Origin: Chromera velia
Lineage: Eukaryota
Assembly: GCA_018398765.1 (NCBI GenBank)
Contig: JAHBMJ010000495.1
Location: 1 to 46,440, forward strand
Direction of reading: 5' to 3'
DNA: 46,440 nt
Every line of letters begins with the position of its first letter. The stretch's first letter is position 1. The notes under the pieces were generated by a model. It was not told the DNA's origin. It was given only the letters and a program-made list of their open reading frames with translations, and did not search any database. Below, one piece after another: positions 23,565 through 36,468 of the stretch. The position numbers were made by a program, and so were the translations under genes.

Positions 23565-25061
23565 GTGTGTCCATGCAGAAAGGACGAGAAAACAAAGCCT
23601 CCATAGAACGCAGCGGTGGGAGAGAGGAAACAGGGCCTGCCTGTGAAGAGAAAAGAAAATCGGGAAAAACTCGCATCGTCCCACGGAAAGCATGCATCTT
23701 TTTTATCGACCCCGCCTGACCTGACGCGTTTGTAGGAGACGATGTGTTGCATCCCCCTGCCCAACTGAATGACCCTCCCACCCGCCCCCCCCTGTGAGTC
23801 TTCAGGTGTCTGGTCGTCCCCTTCTCTGCAGGAAAGATCGGGAGAGAATGAAAGAAAGACACAAAGGCAGAGAAAAGGAAGGAAGTGTGAGCAAAGTCAA
23901 AGCACATCGGAACACTCCTTCCTGGCCACATGTCTTTTGGGGTCTTCGAAAGTGGCGAGGAAGAAAGAAAGTCGGCTAATCCGCCCTGTTTTATTGACGC
24001 TTGGCGGAGAACCTAACACTCTGCATAAAAGTCCCTCGCTCCACTTCCTCATTCCTGGCTGACCTGAAAGAGAATTCTTCTCCGACAACTGCAGGGAAGA
24101 AGCAAAGAGGAAGAAGAAGAGGGGAAAAGAAATGACAAAAAGGTACAGGCAGGGAGAGCGGGATGGGGAGAGGTACAGAGACAGAGACAGAGACGGAGAG
24201 AGACCCAGAGAAAAAAAAACAAAACAAAATCCCTTCATGAAGACGACACCCCGGACACTGAATTCCTTTGCTTAAAAAGGGGGACCAAAGAGAGAGAAGG
24301 TTCTGAACCTTTCTGAGAGAATGTCACACAATTCAAGAAAGCGACATGAAGAATCCCTCAAAAAACGTAAAGGGAACGAACATCTGCCTGGAGCAGCAAT
24401 GCGCAGCGTTCCTAAAAGATGCAGGAAGCAGGAGCCGAATCGGCTCGCTCTTTTGTGAGTCTGCGAAATAGGACAGAAAGCATAAGAGGCAAGCAAGCAT
24501 ACCCACCCTCGCAGAAGCAGAAGGCGTCAACGTTCGGCCCCGACCCTGTGCACTCTTCTTGAAGGACTGGGTCGCTCATGTCACCGCCTGCATATGCGCA
24601 TATGCATTTCTTTGTCGGTTGCATCTTCCACAAGGATGCACTCACTGCCTTGCTGAGAGGAGTAAGGAGAAGGACAGGCAGCCGAGAAGTGGAGTCCTGG
24701 CGCGAATAGGAAAACCACAGCAACTTCGGGAGGAGACAGAGAAAGAGAAGGGGAAAGAAGTTTTTGAAAGGAAATTCTGTATCAGGTACGCGCTACGCAT
24801 CGAAAATACCCGGACATTTGACAATCTTTCATTTTGTCGGTCCGTCTCACTCCCACCAGTCCCTCTCTTATCAGAAACTCTTTTCGAAGCAATTAGACAG
24901 TCAGTCACTCCCTCTGTGCGTCAGTCCCTCTCCCCCCCGCTCCCACTCACCTTCCAGCCTGATTCTCTCTGAAACTTTCGACCACAGGAGAGTGGAGTCA
25001 TGTTCTTCATGGGCAGACATGTACCTGCATACACGCATGCACACACACACACACACACACA

Positions 25062-25092
<31 letters not shown>

Positions 25093-26452
25093 CACAACAC
25101 AGGCAGGCAGGCTGGCAGAGAGATGTACCTTAAGAAAAATAAAGATGCGGCGCATTACAGCAAGCATGCTCGACTGCATCGGATTCTCAGAGTTCTCAAA
25201 AAACAAAACGAGGGAGGAAGGGAGGGCAGGAGGTCGAGAGAGGGATAGGCGTGCCGAGAGAAAAAGAAAGGAACAGTGTCGACAAGAGAAGATCGAAAAG
25301 TGCATCTTGATAATGGGGGCGAATCGGAAGAAAGGCGGCCCATGCTTTTCGGTCATGTTCACAAATTCCAGGCGGATGCTTTTCCTCCCCTCAATGTTTT
25401 CATCAATCGTTCTACGCCTCATGTCACGCAATCACTCCTTGACAATTCGCAGAATTTCAAAGAAAAACGAATGACACCCCACTGACTGACTTTTGAAGGA
25501 AAGCCATTTCATGGGGGAGAAGCCGCATTCTCCTCTCCTCAGTCTTCAGATACCATTCGGGGTGTTTGTCCAACTGCATGTGCGGAAAGGGGGGGAGGAA
25601 GGTAGGATGAAAGGGGATGTGCAAAGCAACAGAAGCCTCGGGGCCAACTTCGATTTCTCTGCCGTTTCCCTCCCCCTCATTTAGTCCAGCCAACATCCCA
25701 GTTTGTGCTTTTTTGGTTTCTGTGGCATCATTCTCTACGCGTGTGCTCTCTCTGTTTTTTTTTTTTCTGCGGCATCTTTCCCTATGCGTGCTCCCTCTCT
25801 CTCTCTCTCTCTTCCACACACACGGCTCACCCGCATTTTCTGGCTCCCCCCTTTCCCCCCCTTGGAAGTGCTTCTATTACCGCAGTAAAAGAGAAGACGA
25901 ATGAAGACGAGAAGAGACCTGGGTGGAGCTGGATGGTGGAGGCGCTGGAGCAATGAAAGAAGCCATCAAGCGCCACTCTGACTTAGTCCTCTTTTTGTCT
26001 GACCTTCACCAATCGTGCCCGAAAGTAATCCTTCAGGAGAAATTTGTTCCGGTCCACGTCCAGTTGCAGAATCGGACGAATTGTTGCCTCCGCGTCTTGC
26101 AACGCTAACTCGCATTTCTGCAGGAGGCCAGGAGAGTGCGAGGGGTACACAGAGAAGCAATCAACACTAAGGGGACCAAGAATATGACGTTCTTTCCCTT
26201 ACAGACTGATTGGGGGCAGGGAAATATCCCGGAGACGGAGGGAGAAAGGAAAGTAGACGGATTGCCAGGAAGCACGAGACGTACCTTGACTCTCTCCGAG
26301 AAATTCAGAATTGCAATGTTCTCTGCCACCAGAATATCTGGCGCGGCCTTCTCATTTGCCCACATTGCCTTGAACCGCTCTACATTGACACGGATTTGTT
26401 CCATGTCGTCGAATGCCGACAGGACCTCTTCATCCCCTCCACCCCGATGCAT
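23481..26452 (-). CDS. SLD5: DNA replication GINS complex subunit Sld5, 228 aa; exons 26452-26285, 26117-26004, 25573-25491, 25024-24951, 24587-24507, 24088-24064, 23825-23721, 23517-23481
   Basis: All seven introns are GT-AG with matching phases. Sld5/GINS4 motifs present: MWANEKAAPDIL, QLDVDRNKFLLKDYFRARLVKLD, LLPHEMAF, PNVDAFCFC, GMQHIVSYKRVRDKVESGDVNLL*. Confidence 0.92.
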
Positions 26453-27267
26453 TGCGTCCTCTTCTCAGCTTGGCACGTGTTTATGTGCCGTCTCTCTTGG
26501 TGGAAGAACCGAAACCTCAAAGCTTTGCACGAGACTGCCAGAGATTGTCTTTTGCCTTCTCTGTTTACCGTCTACCAATTTCTCTCAACAGATCCTCAGG
26601 ATGGAGCGATGGAGAGATGCTCGGTCTGGTTGCTTCAGGCGACACTCGAATCTACCGTGCTTCCTGTGTTCAGAGGCGTGTTGGTCCTGCTTTGCGAACA
26701 CAATTGCAGTTTGCCTAAGTATCAAAGGGTTCAACCTCGCCTTTGAGGCAGATCAGATTAGCGTCTGTCGGAAGGATCGATCGAACGATCTCCCTTTCAA
26801 AGTGATTCGGACCACTGGCAAGATACTGGCAAGATCTTGCGTGAAAAATCTTGTTTTTTGCCCTATAGCTTGCTTGCCCGCCGGCCGGCCCGCCGCGTCG
26901 CGCGGGCCGCCCGCGGGAAGTGTCTAAAATGCAAAAATATAGATATGTGAGAAACTGTTGATTTTATCCATACAGAGCAAATTTATTAATAATTAATTAT
27001 TGTTCTATATATAATTTTCTGGGAAGGCTTTTACCGAGCGGGAGGGTGGGGGTCATATATACGCAGTCGACGTCAGCGACATGCGTGCAGCTGCCAGGGG
27101 GACACGGGTCCCCTCTCCGCGCCAACTTTTGCGGATAAAAGGCCAGCCACAATCGATACATGCATGCACGCCTGCGCGGAGTTTTGGAAGCAATCCTGAC
27201 CAGGAAGGCGAAGGTCTGCTTCTTTGAAACTGCAGCTCTCGGCAACTGCTCGTTTGTCGCTACAGAT

Positions 27268-27463
27268 TTGCTTTGCTGTGCCTCCCGCGTCGGTTGCCCA
27301 TCTCTGATATCCCATCTCCTTTCTTTCTTTCCCACCTGGAGTCTCTCTCAGAAAATCCCTTCGAGACCCGAAGAGCAGACAGAACCAGAAGAAATCCCTC
27401 TTTCGAGCACCACAGACCCGTTTGAAGACCGCGAGCGGGAAACAGCGTGGCATCTGCCGGATA
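27268..27463 (+). pseudogene. Inverted duplicated fragment of ankyrin-like gene exon 1 (source 17200-17410)
   Basis: Near-identical DNA and peptide (LLCCASRVGCPSLISHLLSFFPTWSLSQKIP...AWHLPD), with a 15-bp deletion relative to the source. Confidence 0.9.
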
Positions 27464-27508
27464 CCCCAGACGTAGCGCTTGAGACAGAGACCTGAATCCG
27501 GTAACAGC

Positions 27509-30500
27509 ATGCTGTCAAAAAACATGACACGACCTGCAAGAACTGTCTTCCGGGCTGGGGGGATAACCGCCACCCACCCCCATAAAAAGCAAGATCTTAT
27601 GAGACTGAACGTGCCCACCCATTTGCTCACAAATTGCAATGACGATGCCTGTTTGATGGCAGAGGAGGAGGGCATCATCATTATTTGTGATGGCATCGGG
27701 GCCCTCAGAGCCAACGGCATAGACGGGTTCCAGCTTCCCGTGGAGGTTGTGAGAGAGGCGGTGGCCAGAAGAATTAGGAACTTGAAACCTTGGAGGAAGG
27801 AGGAGCTCCCCACAGCCATATACCAAATGCTGGCCGAGAGAGAGCAGGTGAGGAGAAGGGCCGAATCATGCGCAGCTCAGTACTTGCCTGAACGTCATCT
27901 TCATACCTTCGTTTACTTTGTCTTACCTCCGTTTGCTTTGATACCTAATTATCCTTCTCCCGTCGTCCCACATGTCGGTCCGCATTTCTTCCCCCTTGTC
28001 TTGGTTTCTTCTGACCTTCCTTCCGAAACCGAGGCAATCCTCATCCCACCCCATCACCTTGCAAGAATGAAGAGACAATCGATTTTGCTTTCCTCCCTTC
28101 GAGGTCACCGGGTTGAGGGCAGGCCTTTTTGTGCTTCTATTCGATCCCTTTTCCTGTTTGCGACTCAGAGGTACGTACAGGATGGTTAGGGGTTCTGGTG
28201 TCGGAATCTAGTGTCGGAATGGAGCACGAAGGGCCCTCCCTGTCTCTGTGTTTATAGCTTTTTGTCTGTATGTGTGTGTGTGCGCGCGCAAATGCAGCTG
28301 GGAGCAACAACGGTGATGCTGGCATACATCGCAGATGCGAACCACCTGCAGACCTTCAACATGGGGGACTCAGGATGGATCCTTCTACGGGGCGACTCCT
28401 CGAGTATGCACATTGCGGCTCGATCAAGAGAAACGTCAGTCAGTCAGTCAGTCAGTCAGTCAGTCAGTCAGCTCTTCGTTGTCTCGTCTGGCTTGCTTGC
28501 ATGATCATTCATGCATTTCGTCCGACAACAGACGTGAGAGAATAGACAGGAACATACAGAAAAGAAGAATAGGAAGGGGAAGAGGGGCGATTTGATTTGT
28601 TCGCCTACCCGCCCGGCCGGTAGGCTCGATCATCTGCTCCTGTCTGTCAGTCCGTCCGTCCGCCGGTCTAACCCGTAAGAATTAACTGCTACTGATTCAT
28701 TCATTCACTAATTGCATTTGATCCTTCCTTCCTTTCTTTCTTCCTTCCTTCCTTCCTTCCTTCCTTCGTTCCTTCCTTTCTGAATGTATGTGTGTATGTA
28801 TGTATGTATGTGTCGATCATTTCTGACGACTGCATGCATGATACATATATACCTTCAGGAACCAGACGTTCAACCAGCCGTTCCAGCTGTGTACTCTCTC
28901 CCGCCCCCCCTGGGCTGCAAACCCCTCTGATCGCCCACCGTGCCCCTGGGATCATCAGCTCTGGGCCAGCTGCAGAGGAGCGGATATGCAGGTCGGTCCG
29001 TCGGTCGGTCTGAGCAGCTGAAATAAAAACAGTAGGGTCAGCAAGACTGTCAGCCTAAGAAGCAGTGAAGTCCTGTGACTCTGTTTCTCGTCCAAGTGGA
29101 TGCATGAGGGCGGACGTCAATGCACTCATTCAGAGACTGGAACAGGAGCCCCCCCCCCCCCCNNNNNNNNNNNNNNNNNNNNNNNCCCCCTTCTCTTCTT
29201 CCCTTTCTCTCCCTCTGCTTGCAGACGGTGGCGCTGCAGCCCGGAGACGTGCTGATCGGGTACACAGACGGCATGTCAGACAACGTGTCGGACGAAGAGG
29301 TGATCCAGATCGCGAGAGAGTGGAGGAAAGAGGCAGAGGAGACCCCAGAGGGAGACGCAGACCCGAACAAACTCGCCCACGCTCTCACAAAGGTGCGCAG
29401 GTTCACTTAGCAAATGAGGTGGTCTCTTTTTCTCCCTAGTTCCCTTTCTTCATCCATGTGTGTGTTGTGTGCATGCGCAATGCTCTTGCGTTGTCACGGT
29501 GACCTCAAGAAAGGGAAGAAAGACGTGGACATAAAGAAATGTTCCCCCCTTGTAATTTGTCTGAGTTATGTCAAAAATGACGGTGACTCTCTTGGGAGGG
29601 ATGCGAGACGTACAGAGAAGATTTGAGAGACATTCAATCAGATTCCTTCCGGGAGGGGATCCGATGCATGCTCCATAGGTTGATTGGCTGATTCAAAGCA
29701 AAGAAAGAATATAGACAGACAGAGAGGCAGACCGATGGAAGGGAATCATCGCGCCTCATGCAGAGGTTGCATGAGAGTTCGATCTGGATGGGATGAATGA
29801 GACTAGCTGCACGCCCGCACGGTGTCATTCATAATCCTCAGATGTGCTCAGTAACACTGAATTGATTGATTGTGCTGTTTCTCTGCTGCCGAATTGAATT
29901 TGAATTGCAGAGAGCCTTCAAAAGAGGCTGCAAGTATGCCTGGGACGCAGCCAACCAGAGCCTGTACGATCCGAATTTCTTGGTCAGTCAATCTGTGACC
30001 TTTGTGGCTGAGATAGGCTGAGACATCGGGAGAGGGAAGAGGGGGGGGTCCATTCAATGCATGGTCTTTTTAACTCCTGTCCCTCCCCCATCTTTTCTCT
30101 TTCTGATACGGCGACGGGTAGCCAGATACAATGAAAAAGAAAGACGTACGCAGGCAGAAAAGCAGAAAAAAAGAAAGACGTACGCAGGCAGAAAAGCAGA
30201 TCGAGACAGGCAAAGAGGAAGGTGGCCTCTCGACATGCAGGCGGAGAGACCAACAATCAGATGAACTCACTCGCAGGCGGCACATTCACGCACACGCGCA
30301 CACGCATGAAGACAAGCAAGCGAGAGAGAGAAACTGAAAGAGCAATGTTGTAGAATTGCTTTCGGTCTCACCGAGCTCAATTCTTGAGCAAAACCAGTCC
30401 CTCCTCCTGCGTGCGTCCTTGCATCCACCTGTCAGTGAATGATTAATTAAGTGTCTGCATGCACGCATTCATGCATGATCGATGCAGGACCTAGGGTTCC

Positions 30501-31699
30501 CCCCCAGGCGACCCGACTGGACTGTGCCCTTCGTGGAGGAATTCGCCAGAAGAAACCCCACACAAGACGGACGCCTTCAGCCGACAGGGGGAAAACCCGA
30601 CGACGTGACGATCTCCGTTTGCATTCTGTCTCCCGCTCCTCCCAAACCAAGGAATGAGTACCGCCGTTCGTCGGGCGTGTGGACGATCGAAGCAAAAGAC
30701 GGCCGTCTCCTGCCCTATATTCCCACCGACACAGAGAGATACGGTCTGAAGGGAAACGCTACCAATGAGGCCCTGATACAGGACGGATACGGCGTTGGGG
30801 TTCCCCGTCTCTTCCTAACAAGCAACCCCGAACTGCAGCTGTCGTCTCCCCAGCAGTCCCCTCGAGAGGTCCACCCCCGACAGTCTCAGCAGGCCCCCGC
30901 CCCACCGCCTCAGCAGGCCCCCGCCCGACAGCCTCAGCAGGCCCCCGCCCCACAGCCTCAGCAGGCCCCCGCCCCACAGCCTCAGCAGCCTGTGCAGAGA
31001 CGGCGAAGCACCGGAGGTGTCAGTGACCACAAATGCGAAAGGCAGCAGCCCCGAAAGGCGCTGACCTTCCCCCTCACCCTCCTGGAGGGCCCCCTGGAGG
31101 AGTGTCTTGACACAGTCATTGAGGGTGTGTGTAACGATCCCGAGGGTTTCGACAACCTCTTCTCTTTTCTCCACCACGAGAGCGACAAAGAATCCGAAAA
31201 AGAGAGCAGTGGAGATGAGATTGAAAGCTCAAGCTCTCAGGAAAAAGACACTCTGAGACACAGCCGATCACTGGGATCCTCCCAGGTACCAAAGCCCCAA
31301 GCAGACGAGGAGCTTCCTATCCCAGAAGCAGAAGACACTTTGGAAGAGAACGCACAGGGAGAAATCACCCCTCCCACACCCACAGGGCCTGCACCTGATC
31401 AGGCAAAGGGGGGGAACTTGGAGGACACGCCTCGCACTAGAATGAATCCCCTTGACAGAGCGCGGACGTGGCTGAAGAGACGGAGATCTCAGCAGCGGTC
31501 CCTAAGCTCAGTGGGAGAAGCGGACGACACCAACAACCCCGGTCCCCGCAACAACATCAACGGGTTCTTTCAGTCGCAGTGGCAGAGAGTGCGCCGTCGC
31601 TTCTCTGGGAGCTCCGAGAAGGCAGGGGGGGAGGTGACGCCGGAAGCGGCCGAGGGCGGAGGGAAAAGGGGAAGGGGAGGTGTCGCGAGAGTCCGATAA
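27509..31699 (+). CDS. PP2C-family phosphatase, PTC7/PPTC7-like, with long disordered C-terminal tail, ~686 aa; exons 27509-27847, 28298-28434, 28859-28991, 29225-29392, 29911-29982, 30488-31699
   Basis: Motifs NDDA, ICDGIG, GATT, NMGDSGW, FNQPFQL, GDVLIGYTDGMSDNV and GGKPDDVT occur in PTC7 order. Splice phases are consistent. Confidence 0.88.
30134..30200. repeat. Intronic 34-bp direct duplication
   Basis: AAAAAGAAAGACGTACGCAGGCAGAAAAGCAGA occurs twice in tandem. Confidence 0.85.
30884..30990 (+). repeat. Coding 24-bp minisatellite, (QQAPAPQP)x~4, in the phosphatase tail
   Basis: CTCAGCAGGCCCCCGCCC units repeat in frame. Confidence 0.9.
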
Positions 31700-33561
31700 G
31701 GGAGAGAGAGATCAAGAATTGCTGGTTGCGTGTCGACTATCCCCGTCACTTCTTGCATGCTCATGTTATGACATGTTGTACCCTTGCTTCATGTTTCATG
31801 CATGTTCACTCAATTTCTTTCATTTGGGGGTTTTCTTTTGACGGGTTCCCCGCCAGCGTCTCGTCTCAGTCTCTTCCTATGTCTCATCGATCAAACATCT
31901 GTCTTTTTCCCTTCCTCTTCTCACATTGTGTCACATTGACCAACTATCTTCAAGTCCTTCTATCACAAGCCCTGAGCTCGGTGTCGGCTGGTATCCCCTC
32001 CTTATGCTCTCTTTGGGTGTCTGAAGGTGGTTTCTTGGGCGAAGTGGGGTGAGTGGAATGACAACAGAAGGGTTCTGGAGGCAGGGGGGGAGGCAGGAGA
32101 CTCGCCTCCTTCCTGCATCATGTCTCCATACAGAGCGAGTCTACAGGGGCGTGGGGGGATGAGGGAGGCCGTATACTTGTTTGTCTGTATGTCAGGGCAA
32201 GTCCTCTCCCTCTGGTCAAGAGCTAGGGAAGGAGTTAGGGAGAAGGAGGTGAAAGGACCTCTCTCTTTCTCTTCCCAAAAAGAAAGAGGGGTTTGGGGGG
32301 CTGTACAGAAAAGGGAGAGCAGGGCGGGGAGGAAAGGGGCAGAAAATAGTCTTTCCTGGCTCTTCATTAAATTAAATTCACGAGTGCATTCAATCCTCGC
32401 GTCTTGATAAAAAAAAAAGTACTAACGGTTGTGTGGTGGTCGGTTGGAAACTGATGTCTGTTTGATGGGGAAGGAACACGCGCTTGCAGATTGGTTGCAC
32501 TGTATTGTGTCTCGTGCCTGAGACACTCACCATCTGCCACACGGAAATGTAGTAATCACACTAATCCTGAGAGGGGTATGTGCGCAAAAGTGGCAGAGGT
32601 CGGGTTTGAACTTGGGACGTTTTGCATGTCAGTGTGCAATTCTTTCTAATTCTTTCTTTTTTTAAATTCTAATCATTTTTATTTCCCTGCCAGACAATCA
32701 TTCGAATTGAACAGCTACTAAGACTCTGAGTATGCAATCGTCCTAGACAACCGCACAACTCAACAATTATTTCTTAGCCTGTGACTTTCTTTTGAAATTA
32801 ATAGTAATTTAAAACCTTTTGATTCTTTTATATCACTTTTACTGCTTCGTTTCTTGATGTCTTCTTTTTGATCTTTTTTTCAGAGATCACTAGAAATTAA
32901 CAGTAGGCTGATAGCAGAGTAGCCCATAACAATGGATATATCAATGGATGTATCCAAACATTTCACAACTCTGGGTTGAACTACCCTTCGGAGCAAAATG
33001 TATACGGTCCACTGCTCTGTACGGCGTACGAGGTGCTTGAGAGACATTTGGGGGGGGGGGGGGGGNTGGGGGGGGGGGGGAGTGGTCCCCAGTTTGTATG
33101 CATACGCATGCATTGACTGATATAGTACTCAGACATACTCCATAGACGGTAGAATGAGGCACGCCTGGTAAGCATACGGCTAGGTCTAAATATATCCAAA
33201 TCCATACTATATTAGAATCCATACGACTCATTCCATCCTGACACATAAAGTGATAGAATGTTACGGTGCCAGATCTTCACTACGTTACAGTAACAGACTT
33301 ACAACTTCTTACATAGTCTAGTACATCATAGTACATCATAATCACGTTGAACTTTCAAGCTGCTAAAAGTTCAGCACATGATCCGGTTTTGTTTGATCAT
33401 GATTAGAATAATACTTGTCATAATTTACAAAATTATAAGATCATAAGCTAGATCACACACAGTGCAAACAATTACTTAATATGCATCACTTATAACTCAT
33501 TCACACTTCATTTGCATCCATTCTTCTTTACAATGACAGTTCCCGACGACGGCTCCTTCCG

Positions 33562-36376
33562 TCATTCTTGTTTGTCTTGATGCATTGGTGGTTGCTGTTG
33601 TTGCTGCGCAGCAACTGCCCGGAATCCCCCCGACAATTCTCTGGAAGGTTGTTGAACCCTTTCTGACACAAAGGTGGGGGGGGCAGGCAGTGGGAGGGCG
33701 TGGGAGTCTGGGCCCACACCGTCGTCACCAGCACCGGTATAAGAGTGTACACGCGTGGGGGAGGAACGAGAAGGGGAGACTTGGGAAGCAGAGGGGGGGG
33801 AGACGGATTGACGAGTGTGCGATCCTGCAGTTCCTGATTGGTGTACGGGATGGGAGGGGGACGAGGAATCCCGGCCACCTCGGGTGTCCTCTCCCACCGC
33901 CCCCCATGGAGAATGCGAATGGGACAGACGGGACTGTTGCAACAATGATCCGTCCTTTTCACGCCCCCCTCCTCCCCTGGCACTTGCACCCGAGACGGAA
34001 GAAGCAGGAGTAGCGGGAGATGAATTCGCACGTCGCGCAGAGACGGAGAGGCCGTCTTGTCCCTCCAGCCCCTCACCCTCGGGACCTCTCACATCTCCCC
34101 CTGCATGAGAAGGCGTCGATGGCTCCACCGTCATTGTCGGTGTCCGGGAGATACTGCGGCCAGTGTGCGTGCCTGTGCGTGGCTGAGTGTGTGCTGACGG
34201 AGACGGAGACGGGGATGGAGACGCCCCTGATGGCACGCGCGCGAAGTCTCTCTGCACTCTCTCAGCATACCTAAACAGAGGATGATCGAAACCTAGTGCC
34301 TCGCCTAGGAACGGGGCCTGTTGTTGTAACGTCAAAGACCCCCCCCGCCCCCCCGTTGCTGCACCTACATCACTACCCCCCCCTGCGGTTCGACCTCCCA
34401 CTACAGTAGGTGTTCGGGGTGTATGACTTGCATGTTGTGCGTTTGTCTGAATGTGTGTGGGTGTCCCAGTCGACAGGGGTACAAAGGGACCCCCCGGTTC
34501 GAAGGCAGACCCGTGGGGGGTGTTGCCGAAAGGACGCGAGGCCGAGGTTTCCCTGTCAATTTCGCTTTGTTGGTCCGTCACTGTCACAGGGGATGGGGGT
34601 TCAATGATCAGAGAGGCCCGCTCCGGGCCCCCACCCCCAACACCCAAAGGGCCCCCTGCACCCTCTTTGACCCCGGCAGACCCCACACCGTTGGGCGGCT
34701 CCCCCCCGGCGGCGGCGTTGGGGCACGCGGCGTCGAGCACGTGGAGGAGGTTGAACAGAGAGAGCCAGATATGAGGCGACTCCCCCAAAAGTTCCCCGCT
34801 GGAGGCAGAGAGAGAAGAAGCAGTGAGAGAGAGCGTCCATTAGGGTATTCACAGGAGGGCTTCCGCTGTTCTAAGTGAAAGAGACCAACAGACAGAAAAG
34901 AAGACCAAATGTCCGGGGCAACAAATAAAACCCTTTGAAACAAGGTCAAAAGCTGCGAAGGACTTCTGCAGGAGGGAAAAAAGACGGGATGTCCCCGTGG
35001 GAATGGACATGTTGTGAGGAGAGGTAACGACACGAATGATCGACAGGGGTGCTACGTATCCCAGAAGAAGAAGCATCCCGAGTTAAGAGATCCTCTAAAC
35101 AAATCTTCCAGTTACTGGACTCAAATATTCACGAGCCACCACCTGATCAATGCCTGCATTTACTTTCACACAGAATGAAAGTAAACAAAACAATTCGCGA
35201 GCTCCCACCTGATCAATGCCACCGAGCTGGTTGGGAGGAGGGCAGAGCAGTCAACGAAAGTCCACGGACCCTCTGCCATCCCTTCTGAGCTTGCACCGTC
35301 CAGAGCATCCAGAGCCCCCCCCTCCCCCTCATCCAACAGAACATCTCCGTCCTCTCCGTAGTACCCATGACCTCCGTCTGCCATCAGGCCGTCTCTGTCT
35401 CTGCTGTCCTTCTTCTCTCTTCCATAAGCAACAGAGACGGGGAGAATAAGCATTCCTGCAGACTTGATCTCGAGGGGCTTTTCACGAGACCAGCCGGACG
35501 ACACGCCAGCAGGAGAAAAGGGGACGGAAGTCGACAAGCCCCCCCACCTCCCCCCTGTGCCACTCATTCCCGACGGAGACGTCAGAGGGATATTTGCCTT
35601 TGGGGCCTGTAACCGCGACTGCAGGTGGTCTCCATGCGGCACAGAGGCCAAAGAGACGAACACAGAACCCTCATCGGGACGGTACCGCACTGCCCTCAGA
35701 CAGGTCATCCTGAGGGAGAGGAACAGAGAGGGAGTCAAAGGAACGTCATGTGTCAGTCACACTCAGAACTCTTAGAGACGCAACCGGATTCGTTTCTCTC
35801 ATTTGGACCCCGAGAAAGGGAGAAGAAGGACAGGACGAAGGCCAGATACAGTCAGACACCATAATTTGCCCGAAACGAGGCAGAGCATGCAGATCGTGGT
35901 GCGGTGAAGAACTGAAGATCCACGTTTCCTTTCCTGAGTGTTTCTCTTCTCCTTGCCTGCCTGACCTCATATGAGAATGCGGCCTGGCGTGGCTGACGAG
36001 GGAGCAATCGATCAAAGAGCTGAGGGCCTCGTCGTCGTACGTCTCGAGGGTCGTGCTGCTTCTGCATTTACTCAAACAAGATAAATCAGTATGGATGGAT
36101 ACAGTTCGGATCTGCTTGTGTAGTACGCTTCTGCACTGTTGTTTTCGGAATCTCTTCAGAAAAGAGAGACGCATCAGAAAAAACGATGGCAAAAAACGAG
36201 AGGCAAAAAAAGTACAAAAACTGAAATGACGACCCGATCCAAACGACCGACCGCAATTTCGAGATCCAGTGGGACCTCTGCAGCTCCCTCATCTTTGCCA
36301 CCTGCACACGGTATCCGGTTTTGTTTTGAAAAAGAAAAGCCAATCACAAATGCACCTACCCACAGGGGCACAGACA

Positions 36377-36413
<37 letters not shown>

Positions 36414-36437
36414 AGAGAGGGAGGGAGGGAGGGAGGG

Positions 36438-36468
<31 letters not shown>

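Noticed and set aside
26136..26927. 263-aa plus-strand ORF
   Set aside because: Antisense to SLD5 exon 1 and its leader; no recognisable domain.
27073..27819. 248-aa minus-strand ORF
   Set aside because: It is the antisense shadow of phosphatase exon 1 and the duplicated fragment, with no independent motifs.
31468..32407. ORFs downstream of the phosphatase stop
   Set aside because: Low-complexity 3' UTR-like sequence without consistent splice phases or motifs.
32591..32640. Functional tRNA gene
   Set aside because: Only a T-arm-like half is present; there is no acceptor-stem partner or D-arm.
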